DNA of 51,652 bases from Gemmatimonadota bacterium (lineage in GTDB: Bacteria; Gemmatimonadota; Gemmatimonadetes; JACCXV01; JAHWKZ01), in NCBI GenBank assembly GCA_025937815.1, contig JAICQP010000003.1:1-51652 (forward strand), read 5' to 3'. Position numbers and translations under genes: made by a program. Shown one piece after another: positions 9,596-21,158 of the stretch; position 1 is the first letter of the stretch, and the number at the start of each line of letters is the position of its first letter. The notes beneath the pieces were generated by a model. It was given only the letters and a program-made list of their open reading frames with translations. It searched no databases and was not told the DNA's origin.

Positions 9596-12163
9596 ATGAA
9601 GGCACGAGCATCGACCCTGTTCGCCGCGCTGGCGGCCGCGCTCCTCGGCGCCGCGCCCGCGATCTCCCAGCCGGTGGGCGAAGCACCCGACTCTACCGCC
9701 GTGCTCGCATCGCTCGTCCTGTGCGCGGAGGCCGCGGAGGCCGGCAATCAGCCGGAAGCCTCCACCGCCGCGGACGAGGCTTGGAGCGGCCTCGAGGCCT
9801 GGCGCGAGGCCCGGCCGGACGCTCCAGGACCCCTCGTCGGGCAGGCGCGCGTGCTCCTCCAGTGCCGGATCCCGTTCGCTGCCTTCATGGAGCAGGGCGC
9901 GCTGTCCGCACGCGCCAGCGAGGTGCTGCGCGCCGCGCTCGAGCTCGACCCCACGCACTGGGAAGCACGCTTCCTCCTCGGCGTGAACTACTTCCACAAT
10001 CCCGAATTCATGGGGCTCACGGACGACGCGATCCAGGAGTTCGAGACCTTGCTCGAGCAGCAGGGGGAGCGCGCGGACTTCCCCGACATGGCCGCGCCGT
10101 ACATCTATCTGGGGGATCTCTACGCGCGTGTCGGACGGCCCGCCGACGCGCAGGCGACGTGGGAGCGCGGGGCCGCTCTGTTCCCGGACGACCCGGGCCT
10201 CGCGGAGCGGCTGGCCGGAGGGAGCGACGACGAAGAGCCGGCCGGCAACGTCGCCGACCCGGCGGCCGAAGACTCGACCGCCGCGCGCGACGTCGACTAC
10301 TCCATGGAGCCACTGGTCGCGCGCGCGGAGGGCGGCTACGCGATGGACGACGCGCGGCCCCAGGCCAGCCTCAGCCGGATCGACGTGTACACCGCTCCCG
10401 GTGGAACCGCGGACATCTTGCAGGTCTTCCAGATGATGCCGGGCGTGACGCGCGCTTCCGAGGGGAGCGACCTCTACGTGCGGGGCGGGGATCCCGCCGA
10501 GGCGCCGGTTCTCGTGGAGGGCGCGCGGCTCCCGTTCGCGGGCGTCTTCGAGACCCTGCACGGCGGCATCTTCGGGATCCTCGACCCTTCGGTCCTGCGC
10601 CGCGCCTACTTCTCGAGCGGTGGCTTCTCGGCGCGCTACGGCGACGCGCTCTCCGGGGTCGTCGACCTCGAGACGGACGGCGCCCCGACCCTCGACCAGG
10701 CGCGTATGGGGGTCAACTTCGTCGGCGGTGGCGCGACGTACCGGAGTCCGCTGGGCAGCCGCGCGGGGTTCTGGGCGAACGTCCGCGCCACCGACACATC
10801 GCTCCTGGACGCGCTCCACGGCACGAGCGACGAGTACCCGACCTCTCCGCGCGCGCTGGAAGGCGCCGCCGCGGCCACGTTCACACCGCGGCAGGGGCTC
10901 CAATTCAAGGCCCTGGCGCTGGCCGAGGGCGACGTGGCCGCGCGCGAGATCGAGGCGATCGGCTGGCGCGGGCCCTTCGAGAGCCGCGGCCGGACTTCAC
11001 TGGGTCTCGTCTCGGCGCGGGCCCTCACGGCGAGCGGCGCGGCGGGGCTCCGCGCGACGGCCTCATGGACCCGACGCTCGAGCGCGTTCGCATTCGGCGT
11101 CCTCGATCGCGAGCGCGAGGACGAGCGCCTGGCCCTCAGGCTCGAGGCCGATCTCGGCGCCGGCGTGAGCCGCCAGATCCGGTTCGGCCTGGAGGCCGCG
11201 CGGCTCAGCGCGCTCGAGGTGGGCCGTGAGCCGACGACCGAGAACGTGGCGCCCGGCTCGCCGTCCCGAGCGCTCGACGATTCCGGCGACGGCACCATGC
11301 ACACCGGCGGGTTCGTCGAGGCCGAGTTTCGTCCGGTGCCGGCGGTGGCCCTCGTAGGGGGCTTGCGCGCCGACCGCCTCCCCGGCGAGGACGCGCTGAC
11401 GCTCGACCCGCGGATCGCGCTCGCGCTGCGGACGGGCGACTGGACCTGGCGGCTCGCGGGCGGCACGTTTCAGCAGGGCCGCTGGCGGGTAGGGTACGAC
11501 CTGCCAGACGGCGGGGCGCCCGCCGGCATCCCGCGGCGCGCTCGCCACGCGGCGTTCGGCGTCGAACGCGAGGGCCGGCCGGCGCTCAAGGTCGAAACGT
11601 ACGTCAAGTCCTACGACCGCTACGTCGACGAGGATGGAGCGCTGGAGATCGAGGGCGGGCGGGCGATGGGCGTCGACGCGCTCGTCCGCTGGTCGCAGAC
11701 CGAGCGCTGGGGCGGCTGGGTCGCTTACTCGCTCCTGGACGGCACGATCGAAGTGGCCGACGTCGGGCGGATCTCGTCGGAAGTGGACGTCACGCATTCG
11801 CTGACCGCGGTCGGCATGTACACGCTTGGATCCTGGCAGCTCGGAAGCACGATTCGCTACGCTACCGGACGGCCGTATACGCAGGCCGTGGGATCGACGG
11901 GCGGCGAAGGATTCCCCGAGCCCGTTTACGGCGACCCGATGTCCAGTCGGCTTCCCGACTACTTCCGGCTCGACGCGAGGATCACGCGCTTCCAACGGCT
12001 CGGCGGGCGCTTCGCGGTCTTCTACCTGGAGGTCATAAACGTGCTCGATCGCGAGAATGCCTCGGCCGTGGTCTACGACGCGAACTGGGAGAACCCGCGC
12101 ACGGTGGGCACGGTGTTCGACGGCCGGACGCTGGTGGCGGGCGTGGAGCTCGAGATCCTGTGA
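9596..12163 (+). CDS. TonB-dependent receptor with N-terminal TPR domain
   Basis: GGAGG RBS and ATG 9596; signal peptide; TPR helices (ALELDPTHWEARFLLG, PYIYLGDLYARVGRPADAQATWERG); acidic linker; TonB-box-like MEPLVARAE; plug (QMMPGV, LYVRGG, GGFSARYGDALSGVVDL); barrel (RLPDYFRLDARI, INVLDREN). Confidence 0.88.
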   Translation: MKARASTLFAALAAALLGAAPAISQPVGEAPDSTAVLASLVLCAEAAEAGNQPEASTAADEAWSGLEAWREARPDAPGPLVGQARVLLQCRIPFAAFMEQGALSARASEVLRAALELDPTHWEARFLLGVNYFHNPEFMGLTDDAIQEFETLLEQQGERADFPDMAAPYIYLGDLYARVGRPADAQATWERGAALFPDDPGLAERLAGGSDDEEPAGNVADPAAEDSTAARDVDYSMEPLVARAEGGYAMDDARPQASLSRIDVYTAPGGTADILQVFQMMPGVTRASEGSDLYVRGGDPAEAPVLVEGARLPFAGVFETLHGGIFGILDPSVLRRAYFSSGGFSARYGDALSGVVDLETDGAPTLDQARMGVNFVGGGATYRSPLGSRAGFWANVRATDTSLLDALHGTSDEYPTSPRALEGAAAATFTPRQGLQFKALALAEGDVAAREIEAIGWRGPFESRGRTSLGLVSARALTASGAAGLRATASWTRRSSAFAFGVLDREREDERLALRLEADLGAGVSRQIRFGLEAARLSALEVGREPTTENVAPGSPSRALDDSGDGTMHTGGFVEAEFRPVPAVALVGGLRADRLPGEDALTLDPRIALALRTGDWTWRLAGGTFQQGRWRVGYDLPDGGAPAGIPRRARHAAFGVEREGRPALKVETYVKSYDRYVDEDGALEIEGGRAMGVDALVRWSQTERWGGWVAYSLLDGTIEVADVGRISSEVDVTHSLTAVGMYTLGSWQLGSTIRYATGRPYTQAVGSTGGEGFPEPVYGDPMSSRLPDYFRLDARITRFQRLGGRFAVFYLEVINVLDRENASAVVYDANWENPRTVGTVFDGRTLVAGVELEIL

Positions 12164-12188
12164 TGGCGGCCCTCGCGCCGCGCGCGCG

Positions 12189-13549
12189 ATGAGCAACGTC
12201 CTGCCGGCCGCTATCGCCTTCTTCGCGCTCGGCGCCAACCTCGTCGGCACGTCCTTTCTCCTTCTCTTCGAGCCCCGCAGTCGCGCGCTGCGATGGTTCG
12301 CGGTCTTCGAGCTCGACATCATGGTCTGGCTGGCCCTTCAGGGGTGGATGCTGGCGACCGACGAAATCACGCCCGGCGTCCGTTTGGTCTACGCGCTGGC
12401 GGTCCATCTGCTTCCCGCCCTCTTCGTCCTGGACGCCCTGGTCGACCTCTACGACATCGGGCGCCGCTCGATCGCCGGCATTCTCGTGCTCGCGGCCCTG
12501 ACTGCTCCGCTCACGCTCGGCGCGACCCAGGATCAGGCGGCCCCGGGCGTCGAGCTCGCGACCATCGCGTGGCAGATCGCGGGCTGGAGCCTGGGCTCGA
12601 TCCTGCACGTGCGCCGCGAGGCTCGAACGGCGTTTCAGGAGGGAGCGCGGCGCAGGACACGCCTGATCGTGCTCGGCTTCCTCGTCGTCGTCGTGCCTTT
12701 TTCGATCGTTCTCGGCTGGCTGACCGACGACTCCTTCTTCATCTACGCGATGCCGTTGATCACCGTCGTCGTGCAGATCGCGCTGTTCATCGGCGTGACG
12801 CAGCTGCGGTTCTACGACATCGAGCTGCGCTCGGCGCGCCGCGGTGAGCTGGCGACGGACACCGCGGCGCTCCAGCGCCAGGCGATGGTGGGCGAGCTGA
12901 CCGCGTCCTTCGCTCACGAGGTCCGGAACCCTCTGACCGGTGTTCGGTCCCTGGCACAGCGGCTCGCGGAAGACGAAGTGGACGAACCCACCCGGCGCCG
13001 CTATGCCGAGGTGATCGTGCGTGAGGTGGGACGCGTGGAACGGATCGTCGCGGATCTCCTCGGCCTCTCCCGGAGGAGCGCGGCGCGAGCGCCCGAAACC
13101 GGCTCCACGGAGCTCGCGCCTCTATTCGACGATCTGCGGATCCTCCTCACGCCTCGTGCGGATCGATCGAACGTCGAGATTCGCGCGGACTCCGGCGGAC
13201 TGCGCGTCTCCGCCTCGCGCGAGACATTGGCCCAGGCCGTCCTCAACCTGCTCCTCAACGCCATCGAGCACTCCCCCGTCGGGGGCCGCGTCGATCTGCG
13301 TGCGATGCTCGACGACGCTGCGGTGGTGATCGCGGTGCGCGACCAGGGCCCCGGCGTCCCCTCTACCGAGCGCGAGCGAGTATTCGAGCCCCTCTACAGC
13401 CTGCGCGGCGGCAGCGGGCTCGGCCTCGCGGTCGTCCGACGGATCGCCACCGAGTCAGGGTGGACGATCGACGTCGCGGACGCCCCCGGCGGCGGGGCCG
13501 TGTTCCGCATCCGACTTCCCCTGGCAGCACACGCAGTCGGTGGGGTCGT

Positions 13550-13553
<4 letters not shown>
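12189..13553 (+). CDS. Sensor histidine kinase with about 7-TM intramembrane input domain
   Basis: Hydrophobic N-terminal ~210 aa; H-box FAHEVRNPL, N-box NLLLNAIE, G1 DQGPGV, G2 GSGLGLA. Confidence 0.92.
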
Positions 13554-14917
<1,364 letters not shown>

Positions 14918-14959
14918 GCGTTGCTCCCGGACCGCGCCGGGCCTAGGTTCGCCGGGTTC

Positions 14960-15877
14960 ATGATGACGGATCTGCGTTCCATTTACGACGCCCGGATCGA
15001 CGAAGAGCGGGCGGCCCACGAGAAGTGCGCTCGCCTGGCGCGTTCCCACTACGAGAACTTTCCCGTGCTGGGGCCGCTCTTGTTGCCATCCGAGCGCCGC
15101 GACCTGGCGGCTGTCTACGCCTTCTGCCGCACGACCGACGACCTCGGCGACGAGGCCGAGGGCGACCGCGTGGTGCTGCTCGAGACCTGGCGCCGGCGGG
15201 TCGCGGCCGCGCTCGCCGGCCATCCGCCCGCCGACGCGCCGGTTCTGGTCGCGCTGGCCCACTCGGCGCGAGCGCGGGCGCTCGATCCCGAGCTCTTCTT
15301 CCGCCTCATAGAAGCGAATCGGCGCGACCAGATCTTCCACCGCTACCCCGACCGCGCCGCGCTGCTCGAGTACTGCGACCACAGCGCGACGCCGGTGGGG
15401 CGCATGGTCCTCGGCATAGCTGGTGCACACGGCGAAGACCTGGCCGCGCTGGCCGACGCGACGTCGATCGGGCTGCAGCTCGCGAATTTCTGGCAGGATC
15501 TCGCCCGGGACCGCGATCGCGGACGGTGCTACCTGCCGCTCTCGGACTGCCGCCGGCACGGGCTCGACCCGGACGTGGAGCTGAGCCTGCCCTGCGCGTC
15601 GACCGCTCTCCGGGCGTTGGTCGCCGAAGAGGTGAGCTGGGCGCGGGGGTATCTCAAGCGCGGTTGGCCGCTCGCCGACCGGCTGCCGCTACGCTGGCGC
15701 CCGCTGGTCCGCGCGTTCACGCGCGGCGGGTGGGCGATCTGCGATGCGATCGATCGGCAGGGACAGGACACGCTCGTTCGTCGGCCGACGATCGACTCGC
15801 GCCAGCGTTCGCGTTTCCTGCTCGCCGAATTCGCGCGGGCATGGCGAGTCGGGGTCTCGCCGCCCGGAATCGCTTGA
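14960..15877 (+). CDS. hpnC: Hydroxysqualene synthase HpnC
   Basis: HYENFPV, YAFCRTTDDLGDE, YCDHSATPVGRMVL, LQLANFWQD. Confidence 0.9.
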   Translation: MMTDLRSIYDARIDEERAAHEKCARLARSHYENFPVLGPLLLPSERRDLAAVYAFCRTTDDLGDEAEGDRVVLLETWRRRVAAALAGHPPADAPVLVALAHSARARALDPELFFRLIEANRRDQIFHRYPDRAALLEYCDHSATPVGRMVLGIAGAHGEDLAALADATSIGLQLANFWQDLARDRDRGRCYLPLSDCRRHGLDPDVELSLPCASTALRALVAEEVSWARGYLKRGWPLADRLPLRWRPLVRAFTRGGWAICDAIDRQGQDTLVRRPTIDSRQRSRFLLAEFARAWRVGVSPPGIA

Positions 15878-16755
15878 TCCCGGTCGCAGCCGCGGCCGCG
15901 CCCGATCCGATCGCGGCCGGCTACGCCGCGTGCGAGCGCGCGACGCGCCGCGCGGCGGCGAACTTCTCCCTTGGTATCCGGCTCCTTCCCCGCGAACGCC
16001 GGCGCGCGCTCTCCGCTCTGTACTGGTTCTTTCATCTCGCCGACGAGACCGTCGACGGCGCGGCTCCCGAAGCGAGGCGCCGTTCGGGTCTCGCACGCGT
16101 CCGCGCCGACCTCGACGCGGCGCTGACGGGCTCGCCGCCGGACGCCCGCTGGGCGGCGCTGGCGGACGCCGTCGCGCGCTACTGCGTGCCCACGCCGCTT
16201 CTCCACGCGCTGATCGACGGGGTGGCGCGGGACCTCGAGCCAGTGGAGTACGCCGATTGGGACGCCCTCCGGTCGTACTGCTGGGACGTCGCGGGAGTGG
16301 TCGGGCTGGTGTCGCTCCGCGTATTCGGCGGTTCAGGCGCCGAGTCAGAGAGCGCGGCCGAGCGTCTCGGGTACGCGCTTCAGCTCACCAACATCCTCCG
16401 CGACGTGCGGGAAGACGCGGAGCGAGGGCGCTGGTACCTGCCGATGGACGAGACCCGCCGCTTCGGCGTCGACCCGGAGCGCGTCCTCGCGGGCGACCCA
16501 GGGGCCGGCTTCGAGCCGCTGTTCCTGTACCAGGTCGAGCGCGCCCGCGCGCTCTACGACGGAGGCGCGGAGCTCTATCGCATGCTGCCCTACGTCACGC
16601 GTCCCTGTCCCGCGGCGCTCGTCTCGGTGTATCGGGGGCTGCTGGAGCGCATGGCCGCCGACCCCTCGCGCGTCCTCCGTGAACGGGTCGCGCTCGGCAC
16701 GCCGGCCAAGCTCGCGCGTGCTCTCGCCGGGTCCGCGCGCGCATTGACGGCGTGA
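15874..16755 (+). CDS. hpnD: Presqualene diphosphate synthase HpnD (phytoene/squalene synthase family)
   Basis: TTGA overlap; YCWDVAGVVG, LGYALQLTNILRDVREDAERGRWYLP; lies between hpnC and hpnE. Confidence 0.85.
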   Translation: MIPVAAAAAPDPIAAGYAACERATRRAAANFSLGIRLLPRERRRALSALYWFFHLADETVDGAAPEARRRSGLARVRADLDAALTGSPPDARWAALADAVARYCVPTPLLHALIDGVARDLEPVEYADWDALRSYCWDVAGVVGLVSLRVFGGSGAESESAAERLGYALQLTNILRDVREDAERGRWYLPMDETRRFGVDPERVLAGDPGAGFEPLFLYQVERARALYDGGAELYRMLPYVTRPCPAALVSVYRGLLERMAADPSRVLRERVALGTPAKLARALAGSARALTA

Positions 16756-18095
16756 CCTCGCGGGGCCGGCGCGCGATCGTCCTCGGAGGCGGGCTCGCCG
16801 GCATGGCGGCGGCGCTCCGCCTGGCCGCCGCGGGGTGCCACGTCGAGCTGATCGAGCGGCGTCCATTCCTCGGCGGCCGCGCGTTTTCGTTCCGGGATCC
16901 GGAGACCGGCGCGGTGATCGACAACGGCCAGCACGTCCTCGCCGGAGCGTGCCGGCGGCTACGCGCGTTCCTCGCGGAGATCGGCTCGCCTCCCGACGCA
17001 TTCACGCGCCAGCGGAAGCTGGGTATTCCGATCCTCGACGGAGGCGGACGGCGCTTCTCCTTGTCGGCGGCGCGGCTGCCGGCGCCGCTCCATCTCCTGC
17101 CGGCGCTCCTCCGCTACCGGCACCTGCCGTTGCGGGATCGGCTGCAGGTGATGCGCGACGTGCGCGCGCTGTCACGGCTGGACGATCGGGCGGCGCTGGA
17201 GGATGTCCCGCTCGGAGAGTGGCTGGGCGCTCGAAGCGCCTCGCCGGAATCGCTCGAGCGCTTCTGGGGGCCGTTGGTGACCCCTGCGCTCAACATGCCC
17301 GTGGCGGACGCGAACCTCCCACTCACGGCCTTCTTCCTCGAGCGCGCGATGTGGAGCGGGTCGGAGGGGGGAGCTCTCTGGCTGCCGCGCTGCGGGCTGA
17401 GCGAGGCCATCGGCGATCCGGCCAGCCGCGCGCTCGAGGCGGCGGGAGTCCGACTGCGCCTCGGCGAGCGGGCGACGTCGCTGGCCGTGGAGAGCGGCCG
17501 CATCGCCGGAGTCGTCCTGTCGGGAGGGGATGCGTTGGCGGGGGACGCAGTCGTCGCGGCGCTCCCACCGCTGGCCCTGGACGGACTGCTGCCCGCGCCC
17601 TCGGAACGCGGCTATGCCGCCGTCGGCGCCGTGCCCATCGTGAACGCGTATCTGTGGTACGATCGCCCGGTCCTCGAGCACGCCTTCGCCGGGACCTTCG
17701 GTTCCCCGCTCCAGTGGGTGTTCGATCGCGAGCGGCTGCTGGGCAGCGCCCGGTCCGGAGGGCCGTGTCTCGGGGTCTCGCTGAGCGCCGCGGCGGAGTG
17801 GGTCGATCTGCCGAAGGAGGAGATCGCGGGGCGGTTGGACGCGGCCGTGGAGCGGGTCTTCCCCGCCCGGCGCTTCGCCCGGCTCGTCGCGTCGGCGGTA
17901 GTCAAGGAGCCGCGCGCCACGTTCCGCGCCGACGCCGGCTGCGCGCGGCGGCGCCCGGCGAGCCCGGGGCCTGTGGCAGGGCTCTGGCTCGCGGGTGACT
18001 GGACCGACACGGGCTGGCCGGCCACGATGGAGGGAGCGGTCCTCAGCGGCGAGCGCGCAGCCGCCGCGGCGCTGGCCGCGATCCAGGGGCCGTGA
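16752..18095 (+). CDS. hpnE: Hydroxysqualene dehydroxylase HpnE
   Basis: GGGLAG FAD motif, LGGRAFS, DNGQHVL, KEPRATF, LAGDWTDTGWPATMEGAV. Confidence 0.9.
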   Translation: MTSRGRRAIVLGGGLAGMAAALRLAAAGCHVELIERRPFLGGRAFSFRDPETGAVIDNGQHVLAGACRRLRAFLAEIGSPPDAFTRQRKLGIPILDGGGRRFSLSAARLPAPLHLLPALLRYRHLPLRDRLQVMRDVRALSRLDDRAALEDVPLGEWLGARSASPESLERFWGPLVTPALNMPVADANLPLTAFFLERAMWSGSEGGALWLPRCGLSEAIGDPASRALEAAGVRLRLGERATSLAVESGRIAGVVLSGGDALAGDAVVAALPPLALDGLLPAPSERGYAAVGAVPIVNAYLWYDRPVLEHAFAGTFGSPLQWVFDRERLLGSARSGGPCLGVSLSAAAEWVDLPKEEIAGRLDAAVERVFPARRFARLVASAVVKEPRATFRADAGCARRRPASPGPVAGLWLAGDWTDTGWPATMEGAVLSGERAAAAALAAIQGP

Positions 18096-18433
18096 CACCC
18101 CCGAGCGACGCACCCCGGGACGCCCGGGTCCGGTTCCTGCCCTCGGGACGAGAGACCCACGTCGCGAGCGGCACGTTCCTGACCACCGCCGCCGTGCGCG
18201 CCGGCGTCGAGATCGTCCACGACTGTGACGGTCAAGGTCTATGCTCGACCTGCCAGGTGCACGTCGAGGAGGGGGCGGAGTCGCTCTCGCGTCCCGACCC
18301 GCGAGAGCACGCGCAGCTCGGGGACCGGGTCGAGCGGGGATGGCGCCTCTGCTGCCTGACGATCGTCGAAGGAGACTGCGCGGTCCGGGTGCCGGTCGGG
18401 AGCTTCGCGTATCCGCCCGAGCAGCAGCGCTAG
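18092..18433 (+). CDS. 2Fe-2S ferredoxin
   Basis: C-x5-C-x2-C (CDGQGLCSTC) and RLCC; GTGA overlap with hpnE. Confidence 0.88.
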   Translation: MTPPSDAPRDARVRFLPSGRETHVASGTFLTTAAVRAGVEIVHDCDGQGLCSTCQVHVEEGAESLSRPDPREHAQLGDRVERGWRLCCLTIVEGDCAVRVPVGSFAYPPEQQR

Positions 18434-18440
18434 CAGCGGC

Positions 18441-18824
18441 TCAGCTGTCGAGCAGCTCGCTCGCGGCCTCGGCGTCGCTTACGGAGAGGATGAGCCGGCC
18501 GCGCTCACCGATCGCGGAGTAGGCGTACTTGATGTCGATGTCGTTCTCGGCCAGGTGATCCGCGAGCTGGGCCAGCGCGCCCGGATGGTCGTCGAGCGTC
18601 ACGTCCAGCACGCGGCTCGTGTACGTGCGGTAGCCGCGCTCCTCGAGCCCCTGCAACGCGTCCTCGTGGCGGTCGACGATCACGTGCACAATCCCGTAGT
18701 CGGTGCCGCTGGGAACCATGATCGCCTGGATGTTGATGCCTTGATCGGCGAGCACCTCGCACAACGCGCCCAGTCTACCCGGCCGGTTCTCGAGAAACAC
18801 GGAGATCTGCTGCGCCATCGGCAT
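18441..18824 (-). CDS. Tandem ACT-domain protein
   Basis: QISVFLENRPGRLG, DDHPGALA, DIKYAYS. Confidence 0.88.
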   Translation of the reverse strand: MPMAQQISVFLENRPGRLGALCEVLADQGINIQAIMVPSGTDYGIVHVIVDRHEDALQGLEERGYRTYTSRVLDVTLDDHPGALAQLADHLAENDIDIKYAYSAIGERGRLILSVSDAEAASELLDS

Positions 18825-18846
18825 GCGCGGCAATATATCCCGCGCG

Positions 18847-18875
18847 TTGACACTGCACCCCCCGGGGGGTAGCGT
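18847..18875 (+). promoter_or_regulatory. sigma70 promoter of lemA-htpX with a palindromic C/G-tract in the spacer
   Basis: TTGACA (18847-52), 17 bp, TAGCGT (18870-75); ACCCCCCGGGGGGT at 18857-18870. Confidence 0.65.
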
Positions 18876-18908
18876 CAGCGCTCACATTTCCTTCGGCTGG
18901 AGGTCCGC

Positions 18909-19484
18909 GTGATCGGTCTCGGAATCGGCGTCGTCGTGCTGCTCGCGATCCTCGCCCTCCTGGTGGTGCTGGTGGGCTGGGGGATCCTGACGTACAACTC
19001 CCTCGTCAACCTCCGCAACCAGTTGCAGAACGCGTGGGCCCAGATCGATGTGCAGCTAAAGCGTCGCTACGATCTGATTCCGAACCTCGTGGAGGTCGTC
19101 AAGGACTACATGCAGTACGAGCAGGAGGTCCTGACGAAGGTGACCGAGGCGCGAGCGGCCGCGGTTTCCGCGCAGGGACCCGCCGCTCAAGCGCGGGCCG
19201 AGAACGCGCTTACAGGCGCGCTGCGTCAGCTCTTCGCGGTGGTCGAGAACTACCCTCAGCTCAAGGCCAACGAGAACGTGATGCGATTGCAGGAGGAGCT
19301 GACGGGGACCGAGAACCGGATCGCGTTCGCGCGCCAGTTCTACAACGATTCGGTCATGCGCTTCAACACCCGGCTACAGACGTTTCCCACCAATATCATC
19401 GCCGGCTTGCTGGGCTTCACCGCCCAGGAGTTCTTCGAAACGGACGAGGCCGAGCGCGAGCCCGTGAAGGTCGACCTGCGCTAG
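18909..19484 (+). CDS. lemA: LemA family protein
   Basis: N-terminal TM, AWAQIDVQLKRRYDLIPNLV, ENYPQLKA, ENRIAFARQFYN. Confidence 0.95.
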   Translation: MIGLGIGVVVLLAILALLVVLVGWGILTYNSLVNLRNQLQNAWAQIDVQLKRRYDLIPNLVEVVKDYMQYEQEVLTKVTEARAAAVSAQGPAAQARAENALTGALRQLFAVVENYPQLKANENVMRLQEELTGTENRIAFARQFYNDSVMRFNTRLQTFPTNIIAGLLGFTAQEFFETDEAEREPVKVDLR

Positions 19485-19511
19485 CGCGCACGGTCGACCC
19501 GCATCCACGCG

Positions 19512-20447
19512 ATGGAGACCCGGGGCCTGTACGGCGAGATCGCGGCCAATCGCCGGCGATCCCTGTTCCTCGTCCTCGCCCTGGCTGCGGTCCTCGGCAC
19601 ATTCGGCGCGGCGCTCGGCGCCCTGTACGGCCATGCGGGCGCGGGGCTCACCGTGGCAGTCGTCGTGGCGTCCGTCCTCCTGCTCGTCAGCTGGTTCGGA
19701 GGCGCCTCCATGACGCTGGCCGCGAGCTCCGCGCGTCCCGCCGATCCGGCCCGCGACCAGGTGCTCCTCAATGTCGTCCACGAGATGGCGATCGCGTCCG
19801 GAACGCCGGTCCCGGCGGTCTACGTGATCGACGACTCGGCGCCGAACGCCTTCGCGACCGGCCGCGATCCCCGGCACGCGATCGTGGCCGTCACGACCGG
19901 CCTGGTGCAAAAGCTCGACCGGGACGAGCTCCAGGGTGTGATCGCGCACGAGCTCTCCCATGTCCGTAACTACGACATCCGGTACACCACGCTGGTCGCC
20001 GTGACCGTCGGCGCGATCGCGCTCCTCGCCGACTTCGCCCTGCGGCGATTCTGGTGGGCCGGCCCCACGCGGTCCCGGAACCGGGATGCATCCCTGCCCC
20101 TGATCCTGATCGCCGTCCTGGTCGCCATCCTCGCTCCGCTCTCGGCGAGGCTGCTGCAGGCGGCCGTTTCCCGTCGACGCGAGACCCTCGCCGACCTCGG
20201 GAGCGCCGAGATGACGCGCTACCCGGAGGCGCTGGCCCGGGCGCTCGAGAAGATCGATGCCGACCCCGAAGTCCTCGAGGCCGCCAACCGGGCCACCGCT
20301 CCTCTCTACATCGTCAATCCGATCAAGAGCTTCGAGGCGCGCGCCTCGAGCCTCCTCAGGACCCATCCGCCCACCGCGGAGCGGGTTCGGCTCCTTCGGG
20401 GCCTGGTCCTGTCGGGGACCCGGGAGGATCGAGCCCCGGCATCGTAA
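19512..20447 (+). CDS. htpX: M48 zinc metalloprotease HtpX
   Basis: PNAFATGRDP, AHELSH, SRRRETLAD, THPP; TM helices. Confidence 0.9.
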   Translation: METRGLYGEIAANRRRSLFLVLALAAVLGTFGAALGALYGHAGAGLTVAVVVASVLLLVSWFGGASMTLAASSARPADPARDQVLLNVVHEMAIASGTPVPAVYVIDDSAPNAFATGRDPRHAIVAVTTGLVQKLDRDELQGVIAHELSHVRNYDIRYTTLVAVTVGAIALLADFALRRFWWAGPTRSRNRDASLPLILIAVLVAILAPLSARLLQAAVSRRRETLADLGSAEMTRYPEALARALEKIDADPEVLEAANRATAPLYIVNPIKSFEARASSLLRTHPPTAERVRLLRGLVLSGTREDRAPAS

Positions 20448-20480
20448 GACGCCGGACTGCGGCTCGAAGCGTCGACGTGT

Positions 20481-20494
20481 ACTATCTTGATAGT
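20481..20494. promoter_or_regulatory. Palindromic operator candidate
   Basis: ACTATC-TT-GATAGT in the AT-richer intergenic region upstream of 20540. Confidence 0.4.
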
Positions 20495-20539
20495 CTTTTC
20501 GCACGGGATCGACGTTCGATCACACGAAATGGAGGTAGC

Positions 20540-21094
20540 ATGACCAAGATGGGAATCGTTCCCCCGATCCTGATGGGGCTCGCGCTCATGCTCGGCGCCT
20601 GCGAGCAGGCGGGCACGGAGACCGGGGAGATGGAGGAAACGGCGGCGGACACCGTCGCGGCGGTGGACGACGAGGCCGCTCTCGACGAGCTCCGGACGAG
20701 CTATGAGGACGCGTGGGAAGCGGGCGACATGAACGCGGTGCTCGGCATGATGACGCCGGACTATCAGGAGATCGGGCCCGAGGGCACGATGAACTACGAG
20801 CAGGTGAGCGCTATGATGGCGGACAGCGCGAACATGCCGCCGCCGGGCGCCCAGCTCTCGATCGAAACGCACACGTTGGAGATCGCCGAGTCCGGCGACG
20901 TCGCCTACGGGTCGGGCGTCTCGACGGTGACCGTGACCGGCCCGGATGGTCAGGAGATGAGCGAGTCCAGCGAATGGGTGGCGGGATTCCAGAAGGTCGA
21001 CGGTCAGTGGAAGGTCGACCGGCTCGCTTTCGCTCCGGTCACGGAGTCGGCGGGCACTACGGAAGGCGCCGCGGACATGACCGGCACGATGTAG
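20540..21094 (+). CDS. NTF2/SnoaL-like (DUF4440-type) lipoprotein
   Basis: GGAGG RBS; lipobox LGAC; YEDAWEAGD, SGDVAYGSG, FQKVDGQWKV. Confidence 0.8.
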   Translation: MTKMGIVPPILMGLALMLGACEQAGTETGEMEETAADTVAAVDDEAALDELRTSYEDAWEAGDMNAVLGMMTPDYQEIGPEGTMNYEQVSAMMADSANMPPPGAQLSIETHTLEIAESGDVAYGSGVSTVTVTGPDGQEMSESSEWVAGFQKVDGQWKVDRLAFAPVTESAGTTEGAADMTGTM

Positions 21095-21120
21095 GACGGC
21101 GCTACAACGCCCGTTCTGCG

Positions 21121-21157
21121 CGAAGGCCTCGCCCTCGGGCGGGGCCTTCGTCGTTTC
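21121..21157 (+). terminator. Intrinsic terminator, possibly bidirectional
   Basis: CGAAGGCCTCGCCC-TC-GGGCGGGGCCTTCG followed by TCGTTT, between convergent genes. Confidence 0.7.
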
Positions 21158-21158
21158 G

